Below are positions 45,288-55,342 of a stretch of 64,000 bases of DNA, in pieces. The notes beneath the pieces were generated by a model, which worked only from the letters and a program-made list of their open reading frames with translations, did not search any database and was not told the origin of the DNA. Source of the DNA: Gammaproteobacteria bacterium (GTDB taxonomy: Bacteria > Pseudomonadota > Gammaproteobacteria > 21-64-14); contig JALUXX010000056.1 in the NCBI GenBank assembly GCA_027013145.1, positions 88,975 to 152,974 on the forward strand. Reading direction: 5' to 3'. Each line of letters starts with the position of its first letter. Within the stretch, counting starts at the first letter, position 1. Position numbers and translations under genes: made by a program.

Positions 45288-45983
45288 ATGTACGATCCAC
45301 CCGTCCAGATTCACAAAACTGTACTGATGCAGCGCATTCTCGATGCCGTGAGCCGCGGCTATCTTCTGTACACTGCCGGGAAGGTTCCGGCGGACAAGGC
45401 CCAGCGTCTCGCCGGCAAGTTTGCGACCCGTTACGCGGTACATCGGAACGAGAACCAAAGGGCGTACGCCCGTCGCAAGGGGCGGGCCAACGCCAGGCTC
45501 TTTCTCTACGCTCCGCCCAACGACACCGATCTTCGCTGGTGGTTGTGCGTCACGTCCGGGGCAGGGGCCGTGCATGAACTGGAAAAGCTCGCCGATGCCC
45601 GGAATCGGCACACGAGGGTTTGGATCGAGGAGGACTATGAGTTGATTCAGCTGAGCCGGAAAAAGGGGCAGGGGACCGGAACGGTCTGGACATGGAGGAT
45701 GACCCACGGCTGCGACGAGCGGTGGCGCCTGCGGCTGCGCCATGCCTGCCGCACGCCGGGCACCTCGGAGATCCGCTTGGCGATCGGCTCGCTGTCCCGG
45801 ACCCCGGGCTTCTCAGGCATCCGCCGGCAGGTCGGGGACCTGATGGTCTTTGCGCGGGCCGAGTGGCGCCGGCGCCATGGCAATTTGGATCGGTTTCCGG
45901 GGCTGCTCAGGCTGCGGTATGTCGAGCGCCTTTCGAACACCGCCGTGCCGTTGACCGCGTGGAAGCGGCGAAGCAGTCGGTAA
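45288..45983 (+). CDS. Hypothetical protein (231 aa), no recognised family
   Basis: GAGGAG RBS lies 10 nt upstream of the ATG. Basic protein (many R/K) with motifs WWLCVTSGAG and WTWRMTHGCDERW. A competing antisense ORF (45264-45743) makes the coding call uncertain. Confidence 0.35.
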   Translation: MYDPPVQIHKTVLMQRILDAVSRGYLLYTAGKVPADKAQRLAGKFATRYAVHRNENQRAYARRKGRANARLFLYAPPNDTDLRWWLCVTSGAGAVHELEKLADARNRHTRVWIEEDYELIQLSRKKGQGTGTVWTWRMTHGCDERWRLRLRHACRTPGTSEIRLAIGSLSRTPGFSGIRRQVGDLMVFARAEWRRRHGNLDRFPGLLRLRYVERLSNTAVPLTAWKRRSSR

Positions 45984-46771
45984 ACTCACTTGTGGTCGAT
46001 GCCGCAGAGGACCGTCAAGTCGGCTACTGAAGGCAGACGGCTTGCAACGGCAAAAAGGCCTGAATTGAGGCCCAAACCCAGGGCATTCCGCGATAAGAAA
46101 AATGCTATTTTTCCGAAGTAGATACTTGGCGGCCCCCAAGGGATCGGCAGCGTGTTTCTCGAAGAAATAACTTCGAAATCTCGAGACGACGATAGGCGGC
46201 GTGATGCGTTTCTCGGACGCCCCAGACCGGAATCCTAGTGGTAGCGGCAAGAGTGCGCCGGAGCGGGGTGGGCGCGGTACGCCGCCGGACCCCAGATTGA
46301 GTCATTATTTTTACTACACAACTCGAGTGATGGATCTTTAGGGCCTAGGGCTTACGGCGGCACTTCCTTTGTGTGTGTCCGGTAGTGGCGTTATTCTGCT
46401 TCTGTGCACACCGAATTCGATTCTGGATTCGGGGGTTCCGCTTGGGGGGGCTCTATGGGATCCGGATCACGCTGCCGGCGTGACGAGTAGGTTGTGTACG
46501 AGCACCAGTACGGCGTTCGGTGGAATTGGCCCGATAAAGGAAGATCTTCCGTCGGGTCAAATGCTTCATTAGCGTACGGCGTTGGCGTCGAAAGCTGGCG
46601 CCAAATATAGCTAGGGTGTGGGGTTCCTGGAAGGAGTCCGTAGAGCAAGACGAAGAACTGAACAGGGACGCGCGCCCCGGATCGGCAAGCTGGCTGGTGC
46701 CGGGAAATATTCACACGTATCGCCTGCAGTCCCTGCTCATCCCTTGATAAGAAAAACAGGGGGGATGCGCG

Positions 46772-49700
46772 ATGTCGTCGGAGTCAATAGCAGCAAAGCG
46801 GTTCCTGCCGCGGGTGGTGAACGTCGTGCCTCGCCCGCGTTTGTTCGAGAAGTTGGATGGTATCCTCGCCGACTCAACGGTCGTGTGGGTGTCCGCTCCG
46901 GCTGGCTCTGGAAAGACCAGCTTGGTCGCGGGCTACTTGCAAGAGCGGGGCCTCTCCAGCCTGTGGTACCGCATCGAGGACGAGAATCCGGATTATAAAA
47001 GGTTCCAGGAACCGGACGGGACAAAAATGGGCGGGGAGGCGGCGGTAGCGACGCAGGTCGGGCTGGGCTGGGTTATTCGAACCCTCCAGCCGGGCACGAT
47101 TCTGGTGTTCGACAATTTGGCGTTTGCGCCCGACTCCACGCCCGTCGATTGGCTGCGGAAGGCTCCCTACGAACTTCCTCAGGGCAGCAAACTCATCGTA
47201 ATTTCCCGGGATAGCCCGCCCGCGGCGTTGGCTCGTCCGCGTATCAATGGGGCGCTGTTCGTTCTCGAGGGAGCCGAACTCCGCCTGACGGTCGAAGAGG
47301 CCCATGCCTTGGCCGATCTGCGCGCCGCGGAGGGCCGGCAGCCGCCGGCGGATACGATCCGCGCGATGTGGGAATGGGTGGACGGGTGGCCGGCGGGGTT
47401 CGCGGTGCTGTTCAACGGTCTCGGCGCCGGCGACTTATCAAGTCAGCCGCCGCCATGGCCCGACGAGCGCCTGCTGTTTGACTACCTGGCGGTCGAGGTT
47501 TTCGGGGCCCTGGCACACCACGAGCGGGATTTTCTGCGCTGCGTCTCCATCCTGCCCGTTGTGACGCCGGAGATCGCCGCGGCCGTTTGCGAAGTCCCGG
47601 ACACCGTGGCGATGCTGGAGTCCGTTTCTCGCCGGCTCGGGATATTCGTCCGTGAGATACCGCCGGGCGGGCGGAGTTATACCTTCTCCCCGATCTTCCG
47701 GGCATTCCTCGCCGAGCGGCAGCGGGAAGCGACGACCTCGGGCGAGCGGGGGGCGCTGGCACGCAACGCTGCCGATGCGCTTTCCAACGCCGGCAGGGTA
47801 GACGACGCCGTACACGTCCTTGCCACCCACGGCGAGTGGGCGGCGCTCGGCGCTCTGGTTTCCCGGGAAGCGCGCGGGCGCTTCGCCAAAGGCGACGGCG
47901 CATCCGTGCTGAGTTGGCTGAAACCGGTTCCGCCCGGTGTTTTGGAGAAGGATGCCGATCTCTGCTACTGCATGGGCGCGGCCAAGACCCCGCTCGATTT
48001 CGCCGAAAGTCTCAGATGGTTTGAACGCGCCTATACCCTGTACTCGGAACAGGGCGAGCGATTCGGGGCGCTGAACGCCTGGTCGGCGATCGTGGAGACG
48101 ATCTTCTTCCAGTGGGGAGACTTTTCGAAACTCAGGAGCTGGATCCATGTCGGGGAGAAGTTGTTGGCGGGCGGCTCGGACATACCGGACGGGCCCGTCG
48201 GACGGCGCGCGGTAGGCGCTATGTTCAACGCCCTGATGAACGGCCAGCCGGACCATCCGAAAATCGGCGCCTGGGCGCAGCGAATGCGCAGAATACTGCG
48301 CGAGATCGACGACGACAGCGAACGCCTCCTGATGGGGACGGGGCTTTTCATCTACTACACCAAGTGGCTGGGAGAGCACGGCCAGGCCGAGATCGTGCTG
48401 GAAATGCTCTGCCCGCCGCCGGAACGGAAGCCGCAGCTCACGCCTATGGCGCGGATCTTGCTGGCCATGGCGCAGTGCACCTACCACTGGAACCGATACG
48501 AGCTGGCAGCTGCGGATAGCGCGATCCAGGACGGGTTCGCGACGGCGGAGCGCTGCGGTATCCGGATCTGGGACTTTCTTTTGCACGCGCAGCCCATTTA
48601 CGCGGGCCTGAGCAGCGGCGACCTTCCTAAGGCCGACCGCTACCTCTCCCGCATGCGGGAACTGCTTCCGAGGAGGGCGCCGTTGGACCATGCGCACTAC
48701 CACTATCTCGCGGGCTGGGAAGCGATGCTGCGGGAGGACTCTCATCGGGCGCTGGAGCACGTCCAATACGCCCTGGAACTGGTTACTGAGGCGAGGGGGC
48801 CGATGCAACACGCCTTGACCTGTCTGGCCATGGCGCAGGTTCGCCATACGCTGAAAGAGGATCAGCACATCCCCGCGCTATTGGCAGATGCGCGGAAGAT
48901 GGCTGAGGGGGCCGGCAGCGCGTTGCTGAAATTCCTGATCGCCTACTCGGAAGCCTGGTTTGCTCTTGATGAGGGAAATGGCGCCGCCTGCCGGGCATCG
49001 CTTTCCCGCGCGTTCGCTTTGGCCAGAGAGCATGGATATGTCAACTTCACATGGTGCATTCCGACCGTTCTGGTACGTCTGTGTGTGGAGGCGTTGAAAG
49101 CTGAAGTCGAGACGCCGTTTGTTCAGCGCCTTATCCGTTCCCGAGGCTTAAGGTGTAGCGCGCCGCCGGTACAGCTGGAACACTGGCCATGGAGTATACG
49201 GGTCTACACCCTGGGCCGGTTCGGCGTGGTGAAAGACGACACACCGCTCCGTTTCTCGGGGAAGGCACAGCGCAGACCGTTGCAGATGCTGAAAGTACTG
49301 ATCGCTTTAGGCGGCCGTGAGGTACCCGAAAGTCGCTTGAGCGAGATTCTTTGGCCCGATGCGGAGGGCGACAAGGCTCACTCGGCGTTTACGACCACTT
49401 TGGCACGCCTGCGCAAGCTGGTCGGTGAGGAGTCGCTGTGTTTTCGGGACGGCCGATTGTCCGTTGACGCCCATCGCTGCTGGGTGGATGCGTGGGTTCT
49501 TCAGCGGCTGCTGGGAGAAGCGGAGACTGCTCCGAGCAGCGAAAGTGCACGGGCCCTGATGCACAAGGCACTGGATCTTTATCGCGGAGCGTTTTTGGGT
49601 TCCGAAGAAGATACCCCATGGGTTCGGGGCGCGCGTGAGCGCGTACGCAGGCGTCTCGTTCAGACGGTGAAGGTCGGTGCACGCTATTTTGGTTCGGGTC

Positions 49701-49774
49701 CAGCTCGCACTCAGACCGCGGCTATGCTCAGCCAATTTGTAGCCGTAGACCCCAGCCTGGAAGATATAATCTGA
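46772..49774 (+). CDS. MalT-like STAND NTPase regulator with C-terminal SARP module (OmpR-type winged helix + BTAD)
   Basis: N-terminus RFLPRVVNVVPRPRLFEKLDG...VVWVSAPAGSGKTSLVAGYL...SLWYRIEDENPD parallels the MalT pre-NBD, Walker A and WYSLDE region. Long helical/TPR-like middle. C-terminus YTLGRFGVVKDDTPLRFSGKAQRRPLQMLKVLIALGGREVPESRLSEILWPD...LARLRKLVG...YRGAFL matches the trans_reg_C + BTAD pattern of SARP regulators. Confidence 0.7.
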   Translation: MSSESIAAKRFLPRVVNVVPRPRLFEKLDGILADSTVVWVSAPAGSGKTSLVAGYLQERGLSSLWYRIEDENPDYKRFQEPDGTKMGGEAAVATQVGLGWVIRTLQPGTILVFDNLAFAPDSTPVDWLRKAPYELPQGSKLIVISRDSPPAALARPRINGALFVLEGAELRLTVEEAHALADLRAAEGRQPPADTIRAMWEWVDGWPAGFAVLFNGLGAGDLSSQPPPWPDERLLFDYLAVEVFGALAHHERDFLRCVSILPVVTPEIAAAVCEVPDTVAMLESVSRRLGIFVREIPPGGRSYTFSPIFRAFLAERQREATTSGERGALARNAADALSNAGRVDDAVHVLATHGEWAALGALVSREARGRFAKGDGASVLSWLKPVPPGVLEKDADLCYCMGAAKTPLDFAESLRWFERAYTLYSEQGERFGALNAWSAIVETIFFQWGDFSKLRSWIHVGEKLLAGGSDIPDGPVGRRAVGAMFNALMNGQPDHPKIGAWAQRMRRILREIDDDSERLLMGTGLFIYYTKWLGEHGQAEIVLEMLCPPPERKPQLTPMARILLAMAQCTYHWNRYELAAADSAIQDGFATAERCGIRIWDFLLHAQPIYAGLSSGDLPKADRYLSRMRELLPRRAPLDHAHYHYLAGWEAMLREDSHRALEHVQYALELVTEARGPMQHALTCLAMAQVRHTLKEDQHIPALLADARKMAEGAGSALLKFLIAYSEAWFALDEGNGAACRASLSRAFALAREHGYVNFTWCIPTVLVRLCVEALKAEVETPFVQRLIRSRGLRCSAPPVQLEHWPWSIRVYTLGRFGVVKDDTPLRFSGKAQRRPLQMLKVLIALGGREVPESRLSEILWPDAEGDKAHSAFTTTLARLRKLVGEESLCFRDGRLSVDAHRCWVDAWVLQRLLGEAETAPSSESARALMHKALDLYRGAFLGSEEDTPWVRGARERVRRRLVQTVKVGARYFGSGPARTQTAAMLSQFVAVDPSLEDII

Positions 49775-49918
49775 CCGCGGGTTGTCGAGTCACCGGTAGA
49801 ACTAGTAAGGTGTCATTCTCTAATCTATAGCATTCCATTCAGGCCGACTGAAGTCCGTTCGTTCCCGCACTCATGGTTGGTTCCTCAGGGGATCCTCACA
49901 GCGCGAGCCTGGATGCGC

Positions 49919-49955
49919 ATCTGTGACCTATCTGTGACACACCCGTCGGTATACT
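49919..49955 (+). promoter_or_regulatory. Two direct repeats with 11-bp phasing (ATCTGTGACCT ATCTGTGACAC) followed 9 bp later by TATACT. Candidate SARP-type activator site plus -10 element.
   Basis: Seen directly at 49919-49940 and 49950-49955, between the STAND-SARP regulator gene and the downstream low-GC operon. SARP proteins bind direct repeats with 11-bp periodicity overlapping the -35 region. Confidence 0.4.
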
Positions 49956-50298
49956 CGCATAGGCCTCCCGAAAAGGACTTGGCCATCCGGCGGAAATGGC
50001 AACTTTCAGCAGGCCGGATTCAATAAGCAGAAACGATCATTTTCACAAAAACGACCGAAAAGTTTTGGGCTGTGCAACTGAGATTGCTGATGGGGTACCA
50101 ATCTGTTCCAACCCTAAAGCTCGGCAACCGAGCATATCGAAGTACACTGGCGGCTTGTGTGGTGCGACGGCAAGTGCAGTCACGGGTTCGTCTGGAAGCC
50201 GCAACTCCGGCGAAGCGCCGCCGTGCTTTATACGAAGGGCTAACCTGGATTTCGATCCATAAAGGTGTCAGTGATGTTCCAAAATTACAAAGCCTCCT

Positions 50299-51123
50299 GT
50301 GGCAGAGGGCGGTAACATGCCGATCAAAATAAAAATTCCGTCGACGCTCCGACGGTATGCCGTATCCGTAAAGCAGATACCTGGAAGCTCCACTTCTAGA
50401 TTTATTTTTGTCATAGCTGTCTCCTTGCTCTCGTCCGCATGCAGTCCAATGACATTTACGCGCACTGTTATGGACTGGCAGCCCTACGACCACAATGAAA
50501 TGAGCCAAAGGAAGAGCGGCGTCGTAGCTCAGCTAAAGTGGATAACTCCAGGATCTCTTCCTTCCGACTTCTACTTCCGCGTCCAGGCCTGCAATAGGTA
50601 TGGGCAGCTGCTCGTTGATCAACTCGGCCACCCGGTATTTGAGAACGTCAGCCCAGCGAGCAATCAGCAGATGTGGGAGAAGATTGCGCTAACAAACAAC
50701 ACGCGGCATGTGATTCGCTTGAACCAAGTCGTCATCCGGCTGTTCGACCCCAATGGGAATCAAATCAGACCCCTGACCAGAAACGACGTTGCGTCCGCAT
50801 TTCTTCAGCGGCGCCCCTGTTCGTCGTCCAATATCGCGTTAGACGAGTTTCGCAGGATAAATATATTCAATAGAAATCTCGAAGTCGTGCCTGGAACGAC
50901 CTCCACTTTCTGGGTTGCATTCCCGACCGTAGCGGCAAATCTTCCAGGTGTTTGGAAATTTGCACTGTACGAAGTACCGGTCCGGGTTGATGCTACTGGC
51001 CGCGCGACTAAGACTACACAATTTGATATCCGGATGGTCGCCAAGGAGGTGGTGGAGACATATAGAGCGGCCAACATTTTCGCGCCGTCAGTTCTGGTCA
51101 GTGCGAAAACGAAAGCTCCGTAG
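50299..51123 (+). CDS. Hypothetical lipoprotein in a low-GC cargo segment
   Basis: Signal/lipobox FIFVIAVSLLSSAC. ~48% GC versus ~68% in the backbone. No recognisable domain. An internal Met (MPIKIKIP) is an alternative start. Confidence 0.5.
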   Translation: MAEGGNMPIKIKIPSTLRRYAVSVKQIPGSSTSRFIFVIAVSLLSSACSPMTFTRTVMDWQPYDHNEMSQRKSGVVAQLKWITPGSLPSDFYFRVQACNRYGQLLVDQLGHPVFENVSPASNQQMWEKIALTNNTRHVIRLNQVVIRLFDPNGNQIRPLTRNDVASAFLQRRPCSSSNIALDEFRRINIFNRNLEVVPGTTSTFWVAFPTVAANLPGVWKFALYEVPVRVDATGRATKTTQFDIRMVAKEVVETYRAANIFAPSVLVSAKTKAP

Positions 51124-51890
51124 TGTCTGGCGCCCAACCGCTCGGCGGCTGGTGTCGCATCGAGTCACATTTTGCCACCTTGGCAATCTTTCGGAGTTCA
51201 TTCGGAACCGAAAAATGACCGTGGAATAAAGCTGGAAAGATTCGGCGCACCGACCGTTTCTAAAAGGGATGGCGGATATTTGTATACCAGAATGTCCGTA
51301 CGATAGCGACAATCCGCGGAGGATATGAACCCGGCCGACAGGCGACAGCCTGGACGCTTGCCCCGGTACTTGGTGAGAGGGTGCGGCGAGTCCCGGATGG
51401 AAGCAATGGGGGATTCTGGGCTGAAAATCAACGGGTGCGTTGAATTCCACGTGTTTAAGGGATGGGAGGATCCGCCTGATTGCCGGGGCACTTGCAAGTG
51501 CTGGCGCAGGCTTCAATAAAGCAGGTTAACGGCACCTCGGATTTTCTGAGCGCGTGGCTAAGCGGTGCGGGCCAAGGAGTGCGTTGTGGGATGGGGGAGG
51601 TAAGACAGGCCCGGCCTATCGTGTGGGCTGATCGAAGGCTATGGGCCGCGTACAGTGGACCGGCGGCGCCTCCCGTTGGGTCCCGGGTTTTTTGTGCTGT
51701 GGGCGGTGCTCTGTACAGTTGGGCAATCGGGCTGGTCAAATTGCTGAGTGCCGGTTACGTAGGCCGGCGTGTCTGTCTGCATGGATAGATTTGGGGGCGG
51801 TGGTTGATGAGTGGAATTTAGACGTTAGAAGGGGCAATGGCCCAGCTGTGAGTGTCTGAGATGGTGTTTCGCTGGCAGGGGCGGGGGGCA

Positions 51891-54821
51891 ATGAAGAAGA
51901 TGCTAAAGCTTCTGAGAGCGGCATTGATGCTGGTCTTAACGATGCTTGTCGCCGCGTGTCAGAGCGGCGGAGGGTCGGGGGGGGCGGCGCCACCTGAGAC
52001 ATCGGCGACTTCGGTGATCTTGCGAATCGCGCCTTTCGGGAGCGGTAGCATCGTTAGCTTGCCCGACGGGATCGACTGTGGAACAGCCTGTTCGAGGTCT
52101 TTTCCGACCGGCACGAAGGTGGTGCTTACGGCCAATGCATCGCCTGGGGAGAAACTGGTCAACTGGGCGGGGTGCGATAGCAGCAGCGGAAATCAGTGCA
52201 CTGTAACTTTGGATCATCAGCGCTTGATCTTACCGACCTTTGCCTCATCGGCGCCGACCGAGATTCAGCCGTCAGTTGTAGTACTCAATGCCGCGACTAT
52301 CGGCGCAATCGTTAAACAAGTTGGGAGTATCTATTATTTTGCGCCTGGCACCACAGCCGCCTCGGATTTGCGGACGGGGAATGTAATTGTCAGGCACGGA
52401 ATGACTTCCTCCGGGGTGGATATAGGAATCCTTGCTCGAGTTGTTACTGTTACTAATGAACCCGATGGGACGATTGCGGTTTCGACGACTCCGGCTAGAC
52501 TAACGGATGTAATACAATCAGGCACCGTCTGGTACAGTGCGCCTCTTGTTCCGGCGCAACTCACGGCGGCAAAGGCGTTGGTGGCGGGAGTATCGGTAAC
52601 AGGCGCATCGGTGGCTTGTTCAGCGCACTCGACAAGCCAATTCGCCGTACCACTTAATCATGTTTTGGTCGGTAGCGGGGGAAATCAGATCACGATAAGC
52701 GGCTGCTTGAAGTTGTCCTTTGCGCCAGATTTCGCTCTTGATATTAGTCCGTTCTCTGGTGTCAGCGAATTCCGGGCAGCTCTTATCACGACGAGCAGCC
52801 AATCTCTAAATCTTGATGCCGCAACAGGGATCAGCCTTAACGCGCAAACGGCTATCGCGCGGTATTCTTTTAGTGCTATTCCTGTCTATCCGCCCTTTGT
52901 CTGGATTACCCCTACGGTAACCGTGTATCTGGGTACTCAGGTGCAAGCGGATGGCTCTGTGCATCTTGGCGTCATGGTACAGGAAGACGCGAAAGGGGGG
53001 GTGGAATATCGGCAGGGTATCGGTTGGGGGGCTATCGGTGAATTTACCCCGACCTTCACGGGACCGAGCTCTCAGTTCGCAGGCCAGGCGACTGCCACTG
53101 GCTACGTAGAACCGAACTTCTCAATGCCAGTCGACGGTCTGGCGGGCCCCTTTGTCGCATTAAAGGGCTACCTCCAAGGGGATTCTTGGGCCGCAACGGG
53201 AAGAAGTGACGCCGTAGGATGGGAATTATATGGAGGAGCTGCCGGGTACGCCGGGATGGCAGCCGAGCCTCTGGGGTGGAACCTGGGGGAGGTCCAGCTC
53301 CAACTCTTCGACGACCGGACTCTATTGGCGAGCAGCGTGGGTACGGTGGCGGATACGGCGCCGCCCTCGGTGCCCGAAAACGTTGTCGCCACGGCAGCTT
53401 CGCCCAGCGAGATCGACCTTTCCTGGGGTGCAGCTACGGACGATACTGCGGTCAAGAACTATAAGGTCTACGTGGGCGCCAATTTATGGAAGACCATTAG
53501 CGGTACATACGCTGCGGACAAAGGTATTCCGCCAGGAACGGAAGTCTGCTATTCGGTGGAGGCAGTGGACGAGGGTGGAAACGTTTCGGCGCCGTCAAAG
53601 ACGGTGTGTGCGACCACGCCGCTGGCGAACGATAGCACACCGCCCACCGCTACGACGGCCCCTAACATTACTGCTGTAACCTCCAATTCGGTGACGCTAT
53701 CCTGGAAGGCGGCGACTGACAATGTCGGTGTTGCGGGCTATACGGTCGATCGTAACGGGTCGCCGATCGCAACAGTGTCGACCACAGGATATACGGATAG
53801 CTCGCTTACGAAAGGTGCGAAGTACTGTTATACAGTCCAGGCATTCGACGCTGCGGGAAATGTTTCGGCGGCGAGTGGGCAAGCTTGTGCGACCACGGCA
53901 AGCGGTGGTGTGAGGACAGTGGACCTGTATGTCGTAAACGGAGCGCCCGTGGGCATCACCGGATCCGTATCGGTGATCGATCCTGCAATCGGAAAAATCG
54001 TCGGAAGTATTCCTGTGGGTACGGGCTCGGGTGACATTGCGGTGAGCTCGGACGGGAGCCGGGCCTATGTCACGAATTCTGTCGATAATACGGTCTCGGT
54101 CATCGATACCGCCACTGACCATGTAGTCGCGGTCGTACCTGTAGGCAACAATCCTTCGGGTGTTGCGGTGAGTCCCGATGGTGGGCAGGTCTACGTCATA
54201 AATACTCTACTATATCCTTCGGTGTCCGTGATTAGCGCCGCTAGCGATAAAGTGGTCGCGACGTGGCCTATGAGTGTTCCGGCCGCGGGTATTGCGGTGA
54301 GCCCAGATGGCAGTCACGTTTACATCACGGCTTTTGCTTCTCCCGCTACGATGTACGTGGTCAACGCCGCGAACGGTCAAGTCGTCGCGGGGGTCGACTT
54401 AAGTGCTGGCGCTGGGCCTGTTACAGTTAGTCCGGACGGAAGCAAGGTCTATATTCCGAACGATTCTGTGTTGTATGGAGCGCTATCGGTAATTGACGCG
54501 GCAACCGATAAGGTGGTTGGGACCGTGCCCGTAGGCGCCGGGCCCAATGCTGTTGCGGTGAGCCCAGACGGCAGCCGGGCCTACGTCGTGAACGGAGTGA
54601 GTGGTACGGTATCGGTGATTGACACGGCAACCGATAAGGTGGTTGGGACCGTGCCCGTAGGCGCCGGGCCCAATGCTGTTGCGGTAAGCCCGGACGGCAG
54701 CCAAGCCTACGTGGCGAATAGCCTGGAAGGTACAGTGTCTGTAATCGATACCGCGAGTGACGAAGTGGTCGTGACGTTGTCGGGGCTCTATAATCCATCA
54801 GGCATTGCGGTCGGGCCATGA
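51891..54821 (+). CDS. Large surface lipoprotein with Ig-like/fibronectin type III domains and a C-terminal YVTN-family beta-propeller
   Basis: Signal and lipobox MKKMLKLLRAALMLVLTMLVAAC. Fn3-like segments (PSVPENVVATAASPSEIDLSWGAATDDTAVKNYKVY; TAPNITAVTSNSVTLSWKAATDNVGVAGYTVDRNG). At least 7 tandem ~42-aa repeats of the form VSPDGS.AYV.N.....VSVIDTATDKVV.TVPVG..P..VAVSPDG form the YVTN beta-propeller. Confidence 0.7.
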   Translation: MKKMLKLLRAALMLVLTMLVAACQSGGGSGGAAPPETSATSVILRIAPFGSGSIVSLPDGIDCGTACSRSFPTGTKVVLTANASPGEKLVNWAGCDSSSGNQCTVTLDHQRLILPTFASSAPTEIQPSVVVLNAATIGAIVKQVGSIYYFAPGTTAASDLRTGNVIVRHGMTSSGVDIGILARVVTVTNEPDGTIAVSTTPARLTDVIQSGTVWYSAPLVPAQLTAAKALVAGVSVTGASVACSAHSTSQFAVPLNHVLVGSGGNQITISGCLKLSFAPDFALDISPFSGVSEFRAALITTSSQSLNLDAATGISLNAQTAIARYSFSAIPVYPPFVWITPTVTVYLGTQVQADGSVHLGVMVQEDAKGGVEYRQGIGWGAIGEFTPTFTGPSSQFAGQATATGYVEPNFSMPVDGLAGPFVALKGYLQGDSWAATGRSDAVGWELYGGAAGYAGMAAEPLGWNLGEVQLQLFDDRTLLASSVGTVADTAPPSVPENVVATAASPSEIDLSWGAATDDTAVKNYKVYVGANLWKTISGTYAADKGIPPGTEVCYSVEAVDEGGNVSAPSKTVCATTPLANDSTPPTATTAPNITAVTSNSVTLSWKAATDNVGVAGYTVDRNGSPIATVSTTGYTDSSLTKGAKYCYTVQAFDAAGNVSAASGQACATTASGGVRTVDLYVVNGAPVGITGSVSVIDPAIGKIVGSIPVGTGSGDIAVSSDGSRAYVTNSVDNTVSVIDTATDHVVAVVPVGNNPSGVAVSPDGGQVYVINTLLYPSVSVISAASDKVVATWPMSVPAAGIAVSPDGSHVYITAFASPATMYVVNAANGQVVAGVDLSAGAGPVTVSPDGSKVYIPNDSVLYGALSVIDAATDKVVGTVPVGAGPNAVAVSPDGSRAYVVNGVSGTVSVIDTATDKVVGTVPVGAGPNAVAVSPDGSQAYVANSLEGTVSVIDTASDEVVVTLSGLYNPSGIAVGP

Positions 54822-55342
54822 GCGCATGGTTTGCAGTAGCTGCGGCCGAAAAGGGCGGGGGTATCAACAGCCACTCTCGATAGGCGTATTGCTGGAGCTT
54901 AGTGATTTCTACGGGCGATATCATTGGCGTGCGGCTGGTAGATCATACTCCTCAGGCCAATGGGCTGTTGGGACGTGCAACGCGGCGGGCTATGCGGGGT
55001 TTTGCCATCTTTCTTATGGGGGGATAACGGAGGCGGTCCAGGAGTTGATCGCTCGATGGCGCGAAGGGATGTGGACGGGAATCGGATGCTGGTGCTAAGC
55101 AGCGCCGGTGGATTTGCCTAGAGCGTAGCCGTGGCGATCGTGTTTTCGTTGGAGGATTAATGGAAATTATCGAAAATTTCATGTGCGGAGACGGTCCTCG
55201 ATGATGCCTCTACCGGGTTCGGGTCCGGGAGGAAGATCTTTGACCTCGATTAGGCTCTGACCATAGTCAGACCATCGGTGATGATGTGGTCGCGACGTCC
55301 CGCGACCGCGGTTGAGCGGGAGTGTATGGCAAAACGAAAAGT

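Noticed and set aside
54805-55098. 97-aa Cys-rich ORF between the beta-propeller gene and the integrase.
   Set aside because: It overlaps the end of the upstream gene, and has no RBS and no recognisable motif. Treated as a non-coding gap.
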